Assembly: GCF_001194135.2 (NCBI RefSeq)
Contig: NC_068988.1
Location: forward strand, 96,035,740-96,099,739
Reading direction: 5' to 3'
Source: Octopus bimaculoides
Lineage: Eukaryota
DNA length: 64,000 nucleotides
Notes under the pieces: generated by a model
Databases searched by the model: none
What the model saw: only the letters and a program-made list of their open reading frames with translations
What the model was told of the DNA's origin: nothing
Shown: piece by piece, positions 14,183 to 28,700 of the stretch
Layout of the letters: each line of letters starts with the position of its first letter
Position numbering within the stretch: position 1 is the stretch's first letter
Translations under genes and position numbers: made by a program

Positions 14183-14243
14183 AAAGAATGACAAATGGCT
14201 GGGAAAAGATGGAAACTTCCAATCGTATCCCCTACTATCTCAG
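14183..14243 (+). CDS. Dystrophin-like exon A: first half of WW domain ([19 protein letters not shown])
   Basis: Acceptor ttcctgttacag, donor CAG|gtaagt; 61 nt, phase 1 to 2, as in DMD exon 62; in-frame ATG at 14188. Confidence 0.9.
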
Positions 14244-14986
14244 GTAAGTTATTAAAATATTTATTTGGAATGCAGCTTTATATAGTGTCAGGGATATATT
14301 TACTTGTTGGTTCCAACTACTTGTAAGGTGTGGCAACTCATTTAAAATTACCAAGTGTTTTAATACAGTTCTATATTTAAGAGATGAGGAATTATTTACA
14401 TTATTTACATTTGACGGATATTTGTCCTCATCTTGTTTGTTGTTAACACGTTTCAGCTGATATACCCTCCAGCCTTCATCAGGTGTCTTGGGGAAATATG
14501 CCCACGGGCATATGGCATAGTGGTTAAGAGCGCAGGCTACTAACTCCAAGATTACAAGTTCAATTCCAGGCAGTGACCTGAATAATAATAATAATAATAG
14601 CATCGAAAAATACCTTAGGAATGAGAACTGAGGTTCGAAATTTCCCCAAGACACCTGATGAAGGTTGGCGGGTATATCAGCCGAAACATTGTGTGAACAA
14701 CAAACAAGATGAGGACAAATATCCGTCAAATGTAAATAATGTAAATACCGAGTGTTTTGTTTGTTCCAACGAATATGGATAGCACTAAGAAGGAATGGTG
14801 TCCACAAAGTTTGGTTTGCCCAAGTATGGAGACAGTCTTCAGTGGTCATTCTTTAAGACTTAATGAATTAATCATAGGTTAGGAGACTCTGGCTCCAACA
14901 TACACACAGGCATAATTATTGACTTTCTTCATGTGTGTGTATTTTACTTTTTCAAAATGTGTGAATATTCCCTCAACAAATACTCG

Positions 14987-15022
<36 letters not shown>

Positions 15023-15881
15023 NNNNNNNNNNNNNNNNNNNNNNNNNNNNNNNNNNNNNNNNNNNNNNNNNNNNNNNNNNNNNNNNNNNNNNNNNNNNNN
15101 NNNNNNNNNNNNNNNNNNNNNNNNNNNNNNNNNNNNNNNNNNNNNNNNNNNNNNNNNNNNNNNNNNNNNNNNNNNNNNNNNNNNNNNNNNNNNNNNNNNN
15201 NNNNNNNNNNNNNNNNNNNNNNNNNNNNNNNNNNNNNNNNNNNNNNNNNNNNNNNNNNNNNNNNNNNNNNNNNNNNNNNNNNNNNNNNNNNNNNNNNNNN
15301 NNNNNNNNNNNNNNNNNNNNNNNNNNNNNNNNNNNNNNNNNNNNNNNNNNNNNNNNNNNNNNNNNNNNNNNNNNNNNNNNNNNNNNNNNNNNNNNNNNNN
15401 NNNNNNNNNNNNNNNNNNNNNNNNNNNNNNNNNNNNNNNNNNNNNNNNNNNNNNNNNNNNNNNNNNNNNNNNNNNNNNNNNNNNNNNNNNNNNNNNNNNN
15501 NNNNNNNNNNNNNNNNNNNNNNNNNNNNNNNNNNNNNNNNNNNNNNNNNNNNNNNNNNNNNNNNNNNNNNNNNNNNNNNNNNNNNNNNNNNNNNNNNNNN
15601 NNNNNNNNNNNNNNNNNNNNNNNNNNNNNNNNNNNNNNNNNNNNNNNNNNNNNNNNNNNNNNNNNNNNNNNNNNNNNNNNNNNNNNNNNNNNNNNNNNNN
15701 NNNNNNNNNNNNNNNNNNNNNNNNNNNNNNNNNNNNNNNNNNNNNNNNNNNNNNNNNNNNNNNNNNNNNNNNNNNNNNNNNNNNNNNNNNNNNNNNNNNN
15801 NNNNNNNNNNNNNNNNNNNNNNNNNNNNNNNNNNNNNNNNNNNNNNNNNNNNNNNNNNNNNNNNNNNNNNNNNNNNNNNNN

Positions 15882-15943
<62 letters not shown>

Positions 15944-16538
15944 CCCATATGCATTCGTTCATCATACAAATATGCTTTGGTTAATGGCTTGGCTGATGTA
16001 ATTAAGTAAATAAGATTAATTTAGTACTTAGTTAAATTGACTAAGCGATGTATTGTTCTCCAGCTCCATATAATTAGCATCATTATTAGTTTAATAACCA
16101 TTTCAATCTATCTCCCTGTTCTGTCATGAATGCATTAACTCTTATTATTATTACTACTACTATTACTATTATTGTCATCGTCGTTGTCCCCAAAACAATT
16201 TACAAAAACTCTATCACCTCTGTTAAAAGACAGTTAACCTTGTTTATTATGGAATGTGGGGTTGGGTTTTTTTTTTTATGTTGCTCTTCAAGTATTCTTT
16301 AACTATTTATCATTTTAAGCCACCCATATCAGGCCCTAATATTCTATCTGTTTTATGTTCATACTGGCTAGATCTAGCTTCTCACTCTTAGCCTACAATG
16401 TCTTTCTAAAAATAAACATTCACGTCACTAAAATCTCAAAGCTATGAAATAATGCAGGATTAATTCAAAACAATGAATAAATAAGCATTGCATTTGACAG
16501 AGTAATTTGAATTCTAAAGGGTTAAACTGATGTTTTCT

Positions 16539-16571
<33 letters not shown>

Positions 16572-19500
16572 NNNNNNNNNNNNNNNNNNNNNNNNNNNNN
16601 NNNNNNNNNNNNNNNNNNNNNNNNNNNNNNNNNNNNNNNNNNNNNNNNNNNNNNNNNNNNNNNNNNNNNNNNNNNNNNNNNNNNNNNNNNNNNNNNNNNN
16701 NNNNNNNNNNNNNNNNNNNNNNNNNAGCACATATTGGGGGGGGGGGTTAGTGCATTAAAGCAAGGACAAAATTAGCTTATGGGAGACCCATCTGTGCATT
16801 TGAGACCTGAGATGATCATGGGTTTTTTTTTTTTTGTTTTCTTTTTAAACATTTTTTGGAGAAGAGACATGTTTTGTGGGGGTGAAACCTGATTCTTGTA
16901 GACTTAAAGATCTCATTGGATTGCTGTATATTTATTAGTTGTTGTTTCTTTTAACAATCAACATTAAACAACTTCTGTCTAACACTCAAAGAATCATTGT
17001 TCTGTTTATATTCACGAACTGAAAAGATTCTTATCAATGACGTCCCTTTATCGAATGTAGGTGTTCGTCTTTATTGAAAATAAGATCACGTGGAATACAC
17101 ACAGGATGGACCACAGTAAAGCTTTGTTACCAGTGAACCAAATATTCAGTGACATATATAATGTTTTCAGAGCAACTCAGCGTGGTGGAGCCCATCCTCC
17201 TCATATAATTTCATAAAGCATGTGTAGATTAACGAGTGGGGGGTGTTTTGTTGTGTGTGTGTTTTCATAAAATATACACTTCTCATGGGGCAAATGTGTT
17301 ACTCAATACCATATTTGATGGCATATAAAATGCACTCTCCCACCCAAAGTCACCTCAGGTCGTGTATGTGAAGTTGGGGCTTCCGTAAGCTTTCTTGCAT
17401 TAAAAACTTCTCTTTTTTTTACCCCTCCCCCCTTCCTTAAATATGTTCTGCAAAAATTGTGGTACATCTAATAAGCACATGCATGTTTTATGCCATCAAA
17501 TACAGAAATTCATATGTTGGTGTGTTGTTTATTCAATAGGAAGTTTTATGATTTATTAAGACAACCTCTAAAGATTTTAGCTTGTCAGAGTCCACCTGCA
17601 AGCAAGTGGAACGCTTGTCAATTGTACTATGTTCCCACTATTTACAATGGTAAGGTGTTCCTACTCTGTGGCATCTACTTACAACTAGAGAGAGACTGTG
17701 GACTATTTGAGAATAGGTTCTCTTAACCATAATACCAGTGTCACACAAATGGCACCTGTGCTGGTGGCACATAAAATCACCCATTACACTCTGTAAAGTG
17801 GTTGGCATTAGGAAGGGCATCCAGCCATAGAAACCATGCCTTGGTCAAACTGTCCAACCCATGCCAGCATGGACAACGGGCACTAAATGATGATGAACCT
17901 AATACATGTGATGGGATATGAACTAGTGACCTCTTGGTTGACAAACCAAGCCAATTATACTTTTATTGTATGTATCATAAATACATGGTGGTGGTTGTTG
18001 TAGTTGTAGTGGTAGTAGTATGCGCTGTAACAAAATGTCACTGCATCCATAATTTGTTAGTGATTCCCTACTCCTGGCAGATGACCCCTTTGCACCACCC
18101 AAGTGACAACCCTCCAACTTATGGGTCTGTTTTTGGTAGTCGTTGTTGGTAAGGGTTTTACGAGGTCAGAGTGCAAATCCCGCCTCAGCCCCTTTTAGTC
18201 ACCTTTTAAGACATGCAGAGGAAACACTGGGGTCTATTCTTTGACATGCTGATTGCCATTCAGCACCTGTATGGAATACAAGTTATTTAGTTTTAAGTAA
18301 TGCCTCATGGGAATTAGCTAAAACCCCCACCTGTGAAGTGACAAAAGGCTTTTAGTTGTTTGAATAGAGAAGTCTTGTCAATGATTATAAGTGAAGCATG
18401 AATATATAACCAAGGCTGAGATGCCGTGCTGTACATTGTGTATAAATGGAATTCAAAAGGAAATAACTTTTATAGACCACATTTCCATAGTAATTCAATT
18501 AAAAAAGAACAATCTGCATGGTTTGTTAGATTGTTATTTATATATTTTTTTTTTTTATGGGAAAGAAAATACTGCTCTAAATCAATTCTCTCTCTCTCTC
18601 TCTCTCTCTNNNNNNNNNNNNNNNNNNNNNNNNNNNNNNNNNNNNNNNNNNNNNNNNNNNNNNNNNNNNNNNNNNNNNNNNNNNNNNNNNNNNNNNNNNN
18701 NNNNNNNNNNNNNNNNNNNNNNNNNNNNNNNNNNNNNNNNNNNNNNNNNNNNNNNNNNNNNNNNNNNNNNNNNNNNNNNNNNNNNNNNNNNNNNNNNNNN
18801 NNNNNNNNNNNNNNNNNNNNNNNNNNNNNNNNNNNNNNNNNNNNNNNNNNNNNNNNNNNNNNNNNNNNNNNNNNNNNNNNNNNNNNNNNNNNNNNNNNNN
18901 NNNNNNNNNNNNNNNNNNNNNNNNNNNNNNNNNNNNNNNNNNNNNNNNNNNNNNNNNNNNNNNNNNNNNNNNNNNNNNNNNNNNNNNNNNNNNNNNNNNN
19001 NNNNNNNNNNNNNNNNNNNNNNNNNNNNNNNNNNNNNNNNNNNNNNNNNNNNNNNNNNNNNNNNNNNNNNNNNNNNNNNNNNNNNNNNNNNNNNNNNNNN
19101 NNNNNNNNNNNNNNNNNNNNNNNNNNNNNNNNNNNNNNNNNNNNNNNNNNNNNNNNNNNNNNNNNNNCTTTCTCCCCCTCCCCTTCCTATTCCCTTTTAC
19201 ATCCTTCTTCCGGACCAAATCTCTCCTTTTTCTTCTAAATATTCTTTATATTTATTTCAAGAAATACCCTTCCATAATTATTTTCTCTTTTTATCCTCCC
19301 CCGTCCTCTCTCTCTCTCTCCCTCCACCTCCGCACCTCTTTTCTCACCCTTTCCTTTTCTCCTCTCTTCCACAGACACACACACATTCTCTAACCTTTCA
19401 TTTTGTTTCTATGACTGTAAATCAAAGTATCTTTCTATCCTCATCTTCCTTGAATGTCTAGAAACGTACCCTTCACTCACATACGCAACAGACACAGAAC

Positions 19501-20671
19501 CACTTTCCTACGCATCCGCACTAACACATGCTTTTAATCACCTGCATCGCATACTTAATATCACACACACAAACTTGTACGCTTTCATTCGTTTACATCT
19601 ACTCTTCTTCATTACACACACACACATATGCACCCTCCCACATAAATACATACATACACGTACACAAATATGTGTTTATACACATCCATGCATGTGATGC
19701 GCACTGCCACACACACTGTATCTTCACTCAGCATCCTTATATTTCAAGATGTCTTCAATGAGGTTGTGTATGTATTATAATGCACACCACCACCACCACC
19801 ACCAAGGAAAGAGAAAGAAAAGAAGACGGATTAAATGGAAATTAAAATAACTTTTGGCAATGATTAGAACATAAATATAGCATGCAACAGTGCTCAATGA
19901 TAATGGTTTCTGACATTGGTACCTGGGTACAAATATAGAGGGAGGTGGGTACAGTAAGTTGAATCGATCCCTCAGTCTATAACTGGTACACATTTTGTGA
20001 ACCCCAAACTGGGAGGAAGGCCAAAATCTTACTTTGAGAAGGTTTTCATTTAAAACAGTGCCAGACTAAATTCCTTGCATTTCTTCTGACATTATTCAAT
20101 TATGTCAGGATTGAGTATTCACTTACATCCCTTGATAGGGATGAAAGTAAATACTACAAGGTATTTAGTCAGGCACACTACTATTTGTGCCTCTTCACCT
20201 CTCTATAATGCTAATAATGATAATAATTCTTTCTAGTATAGGTACAAGGCCTGAAATCTGGGAAAGGGGATAGTTGATTACATCGACCCTAGTATTCAGC
20301 TGGTACTTAATTTATTGACCCCACCCAAAAGGACGAAAGGCAAAGTCAATCAACCTCAGTGGAATTTGAACTCCAGGAAACAATGAAGATGGACAAAATG
20401 CCATTAAGCATTTTGTCTGGTGCTCTACCGATTCTGCCAACTTGCCACAATAATAACATTGATAACAATAATAATAGTTCTACAGTTCTATATTTAAGAG
20501 ATGAGGAATTTTGTACATTATTTACATTATTTATATTTGACAGATATTTGTCCTCGTCTTGTTTTGGCTGATATACCCTCCAGCCTTCATCAGGTGTCTT
20601 GGGGAAATTTCGAACCTGGGTTCTCATTCCTAAGGTATTTTTTGATGTTGTTGTTGTTGTTGTTGTTGTTA

Positions 20672-20707
<36 letters not shown>

Positions 20708-21323
20708 TCACTGCCTGGAATCGAACTTGGAATCTTGGGGTTAGTAGATTCCTAGTTCGATTCCAGGCAGTGACATGAATAATAATAAGGCTGGAGGGTA
20801 TATCAGCCGAAACATTAACAACAAACAAGATGAGGACAAATATCCGTCAAATGTAAATAATAGTTCTTTTGAATTTTGGCACAAAGCCAGCATTTTGAGG
20901 GGTGGGTCCGAGAAGTGAATAACTACACTGACCCCAGTATGCAACTGGTACTTATTTTATCAACCCTGCAAAAGATGAACGACCAAATCAACCTTGGCAG
21001 AATCTGAAGTCTAAGGATTCTGTCCAATGCACAAAAGATTCTTGCAGCTCTCCACCTTTATAATAATAATTGCTTCTAATTTAGGCACTGGGGAGCAGTT
21101 TTGAGGGGAGGGGGCTAGTGGGTTGAACTGACCCTAGTATTTAACTGGTACTTCATTTTATCCATTGTAGAAGGATGGAAAGTGAAGCTGACCTTGGTGC
21201 AATTGGAACTTAGAATATTGGTAGACATAAACTGTGCACCCAGGTACTTTGCCTAACGCTCTACTGTGTCTGCTGCCACCCTCCATGCTAATAAATTGTA
21301 TAAAGAAAACACTCAACTACATG

Positions 21324-21359
<36 letters not shown>

Positions 21360-21396
21360 TTCTCTCTTTTTCTCTCTCTCTCTCTCNNNNNNNNNN

Positions 21397-21466
<70 letters not shown>

Positions 21467-22180
21467 CTACTCCCTCCGCCATCTCTTTGCTTTCGTTCTC
21501 TCTCTCTTTTCCTTTCACCCGATTCTTCAACATCCAGTCTCTCTTCCTAAACTGTAGACATTAAAAAAAATGACCTGACTTCACTCCGTGATGAATTACA
21601 TTGGTTCATGTCTTTTTTTTTTCCTTCCATTTTTTTTCTCTTTTTAAATTTTAAATCTATCAGTTTCACCAGAAATTCCAGTATGGTGATAGCAACAGAT
21701 GTGCCACATCCTAGCTAGAGGATACTGCAACAGTATGATTGTATCTCTCAAAATACTGATAGCAACACATCTACCACATCTAGCCAGCTCGCACGTATTA
21801 CAGTAGAACACTATCCACTGGAATGGTACAATGCCAAACAAGAGCTGGGAATTGCTTTATCACACCTTTCTTTCTTTCTTTTTTTCTCTCCTTCTTTACC
21901 TTTTCACCCCTTCCTTTTTCTTTTCCCCTCTTCTCTTCTCTTTCCTAAAAGTAGACAGATTTCAGTTAAGAGCTGAAAGCCAGTCCTTAACTCTGCTTTT
22001 CTTGATATTAATTAGATGAGAAACAAATCTCGTTGATTAATGCATTAATCTGAGATAACATTCACAAAGAATTTGGTAGCTCTTCCCTTATTCTGCAACT
22101 TGTAAAATCCTTCTATAGTTATGATGGCCCTTAAGATTGGTACATAATTTGTGCATATTTTATTGCTTTCACCACCACCA

Positions 22181-22226
<46 letters not shown>

Positions 22227-23394
22227 CATCCGTACCCCCATTTTCTCCACTAAGTACCCAGATTTATAACTAATATATATATATATATATAGCATCTTGT
22301 AGCTGATAACAATATTACCTTACTTTACATAAAACTTTATCAATCTACCACCCACCTTGACTTCAGTGCCAATTAGACAAATTTAATTTAATTTACTGCT
22401 GCTGCTGCTGAAGGAAAGGGAGTCTTAAAATTCAAAGCTATTTTTAAATATTCATTAACGTCATTGATAATTGTTATAAATTTTTGGTTTGGTTTTAAAA
22501 CATTAATTTCTAGTTTTGTAATCTCTGTTTTACTCTTTCTCTCTCTCTTCCCTCCCTTTCCCTCTAGTTCCCTTCTATCTTATTTTCCCTTTCTTTTCTC
22601 TCCCCCTCTCTCTATATATCCACCTGTTGCCTTTCTCTCCATCTGCCACAATCTCTCTTTCAGCTTCTCTCGTCTTTTATTTTCTCTCTCTCTCCTCTCT
22701 CACTGATTTTAATCAACTGAGATACAAACGTTGAGACAGGAGTGGTGGAAATATTTTTCCAACTTCTAATAGTTCAGATTTTTAAAGAATAGGAATGAAT
22801 CTGACAGTAATAACAAAATTATTGTCAAATCTTCACTCTCAGACAGCAGCACCATCATCCTCCTCCTCCTCATTGTTTCATACCTGCTGTCCATACTGAC
22901 ATAGGTTGGATAAATTGTCACTGTCCAAGTCTTTATTTAGACCTATAACCCTCTTAGGTAGATCAGAGGACATCTTTATATTCCATTCGTGGTTTACCTT
23001 CTTCAGTTTGATACCCTTCGTATCATTAACCAGGTTATAACCCAGGTTATAATTGTAGAAGGGAACTAGTATCCCACCCCTCCAGTTTCATGATTCAACA
23101 GACCCAGGAATGTGAATGTCTATGAAAGACATCACTATGCTTACTGCTCAAGCACTGATGCGTGAATAAAAAGTTTTCCACACACACACACACACGCGCG
23201 CGCGCACACACGTGTGTGGTAGGAGGTATACAGATATTAAATTTAAAAGCAATTAAGTCTAGACAGAAATAATGAAGCATTTGCACAGCAATCAAACTCT
23301 CTTATTTTTACCTAATTAACTAATTATGCTTTTGAAATTTTATTTATTTTTCATTCAACTCATTGTAAAACTGGAAGAAATAGTTAGGAATGTT

Positions 23395-23472
<78 letters not shown>

Positions 23473-25723
23473 AATTATACTTTGTACACTGATTCATAAG
23501 ACTTTCTTTGTCAGAAATAATTTTTAAATCACANNNNNNNNNNTTTTTAAGTCACACCACTAAAAGTAAACAGCTGTTCTGTTTGTTTATCTTTTCTTTT
23601 GTTTTATTTTTAGTGATGTGGATAAATGAAAACTATTTCCATTAAACTGTCATCATCATCATCATCATTATTTTAATATCCATTTTTCAATGGGGGCAGA
23701 TTGTGTAGATCTATATTTAACATAGTTGTGTGCGCTCAACTACAGAAAGACCTTTACTACAGCAAGGGTCTTCAAAAAAAAAAAAATTCCCCTTATAGAC
23801 AATGTGTGTGAAAACTTACTAAGCTGGGTTATCAATGACATCATGAGACTGCAAAGCAGGCATTTCTGCATGGTTGCGCTTCATCAGTTACAGCCATAGA
23901 ATCCATCATTCAAAGCCCACTAAGAACTGCTGTTCTTATTTGTAAACATCAAAACATAAAATTACTGGCAAATGCAAAGCTTTGTCAAACTGGAATTAAT
24001 TAACGATCTTCTAAACCAGTGATAGGTGCAGTTAAGAATAAATCTAAAACTGTTGACCCCAGAATGAAGAAAGATAAAATCACTTTTGACTTCATTAGTC
24101 TTTTAAATCAATGTAAAATACTTTTTTTGCTCAAGTGATTCATTAAAATAATAATAATAATAATAATGAGCATATATGATAATACACATGGGTTTTAACC
24201 CTTCAGCATTCAGATATCTCTACCAAATTTAATCCTTGTTTATTAAGATTCTTTTGAATTAATCACGCATTATCTTGCAACTTTGAGATTTTGGTGGTAT
24301 GACTGTTTATCTTTCGAACGACATTGTAGGGTAGGTGTGAGAAGCCAGATCTTGACATTTTGAACATGAATCAGAAAGGATATTTGAGCCAGATACGGCT
24401 GGTTTAAATGTGAAAGGGTTATTAAAGTTCTCTTATAAATCTAATTTTTTATGCAACTGTTTTATTTATCATGATTTCAGCTCAGTTATCTTGCCAAAGA
24501 ATTAATCATGATTACAAGTAGTATCTTTGTGTGTATGTGAGGGGTGGGAGGCAGATTTTCTCTCTTTTTTCTTCTTTTTTTAAGATACAGACTAACCTAT
24601 GATGGTTTAACTGATAGGTAATAATATCAATATAATTCCTCTTTCAAATCCACTTTGGGAAGAGCTGGTCATGTCACATTTTGAAACAGGGTGTGTCAAT
24701 ATTCATTAGACTTAATCCTCTCCCTCTCTCCCTCTCATCTCTCTCTCTTTCTTTCTCCACATACACACTTTTAAAAATCATATTTCTTGATGTACTGTTG
24801 TTTATCTCAGAATTAATCTTTTTTACTAATCAACCCGACTGCCACCGCCACTACCACCACTAATCTGTCTCTGCTCCTGCTACTGGTAACACTAGCCATT
24901 TTTGTCAATTTGAATTCTGGCAGCAGTTTATGTTATCTCAAATTAACAATAATCTCTTAGAAAACCAAGTTCTCCCCCTCCCCTGATGATATCACTTTTA
25001 TACAAAAGACAGCAGTCTCTTCCATATGCTGCTGTGCTGATCTACTAATGTCTTGGGATGTTTAGTTACTGTCATGTTCTGGATTCAAATGCCACAAGTG
25101 CTATCAATATCCTGAGCCTATAAAATACGTGCTAGTCAATATCGTAAAATAGTCTGGGTTTTTTTTAAAGTCTGTTGACTGTGTTCCTCTCTAAAACTTA
25201 TAGTCTTGTAGCAAAACCAGAAGCCATAAGATTGTCATTACTTATTGTTAGTTTAAATCAGAGGTTGCCGAAAGGAGTCTGAAGGGACCCCTTAGGGATT
25301 GGTGAGGAATTACAGGGAGTTCTGAGTTCAAATCGTATCAGTATCAACTTTGTTTTTGCTCTCCCACAAGTCAATGGAAAGAAGTACCAGTAATATACTC
25401 GGCTTTATTAGATCCATCACACCCTTTTTCCAACTTTTGTAGGCTTGTGCTAAAAGGACAAAGTTAAGAACTCCTGTTTTGCTTTAGTCATTTTCTTTTC
25501 TGTATGAGTGTGTGTGTGTGTACACTCTTTGACTTGTTTCTGTCATTGGATTATGGCTCTTCTGGGAGGGCCATCTTTTGAAGGGTTTGGCCGATGGAAT
25601 CAACCCCTGGTACTTGTTCTTTTGATCTCCTTTTTGCTGAACCTCTAAGTTACAGGCTCAGAAACAAACCAACACCAGTTGTCAAGTGTTGAGGGACAAA
25701 CATAAACACTAAGATGCCAGCTT

Positions 25724-25754
<31 letters not shown>

Positions 25755-28700
25755 TGCATGTGACAGGCTTCCACACAGTTTCTACCTAGCAAATTCACTG
25801 ACAAGGCATTGGTTTGCCTTGGGCTACAATAGAAAGCATTTGTCCAAAGTGCCATGCAGTGGAACTCAGCCCCAAACCATTTGATTACAAAGTGAACTTC
25901 CTGACCACACAGCCATGTCTAGACTCCTGTGTTTGATATGTCATCACCATCATCATCTTGATAATCATTTCTAGATCCACTTTCCACATGGTAAAGTGGA
26001 TGGCTCCTCCTCAAAGCATCAACTCACCACTTGTTGTGTTCCGTTAACCATTTTCTTCTTTGGTTTTCCTCTTCCACAGTTTCCTTCCTACTCGGATATA
26101 TCCTGACACTTCTTCTTCACCTGACAATCATCATTCACACACATTACATGTCTGCACTTTATATTGAGTCATCTCTCCTGTACATTACATCTAATTACTT
26201 TTTTACCTGGTTTTTCTCTCAGTTTGTCATAAACATTACACACCTGGCAAGACATGTTTACTTCATTTTCACTTCCTCTGCATTCAGTACCTGTGTGTTC
26301 ACTACCATGGTCAGCAGTTATCTACAGTGGACACTAACCAAGTGACCAAAGTCATTGATACCTCTGAAATATAAGAGGTTTACAGGTGAACCTCAAGTCC
26401 GTTTTACTTTTGTGTGACATAAACCAGTCTGAAAATTAAAAGAGAACAAAAAATTTCTAATTCTTTTATCAGACATTTTGACATTGTATGATTCCAAAAT
26501 AAATAACTTTTTTTCATTTTCATGTTTTTACATTTTAACTTTCAGTTGTATGACAGAGCGTACATCCTGGGACCATCCACTTTATTCTAAAATCATGGAA
26601 GAATTAAGTAAGTAGATTTATTATTCCTACGACTCTTTTATATTTTTCTTAAATTCACAGAGAATAGGAAATGGTTGGATATCAATTAACTATATCCTGG
26701 ACAGCTTAGCCAAGGGATTGGTTATTTATGTCCTTTCCCTGGTGTTACATTGCCTCCTTCGCTAAGTTCTTCTAATCTACTTTAGCTGTTGGATCCACAG
26801 TCACCTGGGTTCTTTTCAGAATCAGAACTGAGCTCCAGATTCCTGGGATGATGTGGTCGAGAGATAAATCTCACCTCCTAAATGTTAAAATTCTAGTTTG
26901 TCTGGCATCCTATCAAGATATCAATTCCTAACAACAGTTGTATAATTAAAGGGCAACGTAGGAAGGAGAAAGTGACCTACCCAGAAACATGACAAAATAT
27001 TTGCTGTAGAGGATTATTACCATTATTTTGTCACTGAAATCTTGGTCTTTAAATCTACTTTGGCCATGTTTCTAGCAATAATGTCTGTTACTTTTATACC
27101 TTCCTTTTAATTGTAGTTCAGATCTCAAAAACATTTGCAAAAATAGAGATATTTTGATACAAATGAGTGTCTATTGTTTCAGACTAGCAGGCCTTTATAA
27201 TTGTTAAAGAAAAATATATCTTAAAATATTTAGATTTGATTCTTTTATTCTTTTACTTGTTTCAGTCATTTGACTGCGGCCATGCTGGAGCACCGCCTTT
27301 AGTCGAGCAAATCGACCCCAGGACTTATTCTTTGGAAGCCTAGTACTTATTCTATCGACCGTGTTTTGCCGAACCGCTAAGTTATGGGGACGTAAACACA
27401 CCACCATTGGTTGTCAAGCGTTGGTGGGAGGACAAACACACACACACACACACAAATATATATACATATATACGACGGGCTTCTTTCAGTTTCCGTCTAC
27501 CAAATCCAATCACAAGGCTTTGGTCGGCCCGAGGCTATAGTAGAAGACACTTGCCCAAGGTGCCACGCAGTGGGAATGAACCCAGAACCAAGTGGTTGGT
27601 AAGCAAGCTACTTACCACTCAGCCACTCCTGTACAAAAAAAATATGAAAACCTAGATCATTACCATTACTGAAATTTAACAAAAAAAAGCATTTTGGAAA
27701 AGATTTTTTTTCCCCCCTTTTTTATAAACCATTGAACTATTGTAAGGCCCCTTGTGTAAACAGCCTTATCTTTATCGACACAACAACTTTTCCATTTACT
27801 TTGAGTTAAATGAAATAACAGATGTTTTTGGTGCAGGGCTTCCTTTTTTGTTAACTGATGGAGTTAAACTCTTAACAGCTTTTTCTAAAATGAAGATCTC
27901 TTCCCAGCAACTATTCCACACCATTCTGTATAAGATATATTATGTTAATGTCTTTATATTGTTATCTATAGATTATTTATTTTTACTTTAATTTCCTAAT
28001 ACGTTTGTCTCTTTTTCTTCTGAATACCAACTTCTTCCACTTCCTTGTTTCCAAGAGGTTTGTGATGGATCACGTTACCGACAGATGGTTTTCAACTCCC
28101 TGAGGTTTTTATTATGTAGAATTTTGATATCAAGAAAACCATCATTTGAATTTAATAGACTGTGGGAAGATCTTCTCTCAGAATTTCTGCAACACAAACT
28201 TTAATTTAATAAATGTTATATATAAGTAATTAAGATTCGGTAATTTTAGAGTGGAACAAAAGTTACTAGGGTTACTCAAAATACATTCTTTACATTTGAC
28301 GGATGTTTGTTCTCATCTTGTTTGTTGTTGACACAACATTTCGGCTGATATACCTTCCAGGCTAGAGGGTATATCAGCCAAAACATTGTCATCATCATCA
28401 TCATCGTTTAACATCCGCTTTCCATGCTAGCATGTGTTCGACGATTTGACTGAGGACTGGTGAACCAAATAGCTGCACCAGGCTCGTTCTGTTAACAACA
28501 AACAAGATGAGGACAAATATCCGTCAAATGTAAATAATGTACATAATTCTTCATCACTTAAATATAGAACTTTGTTTATTTTTTTGAAGAGGATTTTTGC
28601 AGAAATATAAATGAAAAGAATAAGGAATTTCAGTTTCTATGGTATCACATTTACGAGAATGAAATTCACCAAAATAATTACAAGGCTAAGAGAGAGAGGG

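Noticed and set aside
14235-14849. 204-aa minus-strand ORF
   Set aside because: It runs through palindromic element copy 1; similar peptides recur at every copy (20346, 20501, 30818, 30979), so it is repeat-derived.
23177-23215. (CA)n(CG)n alternating tract as a Z-DNA element
   Set aside because: A common microsatellite variant in this genome with no evidence of function.
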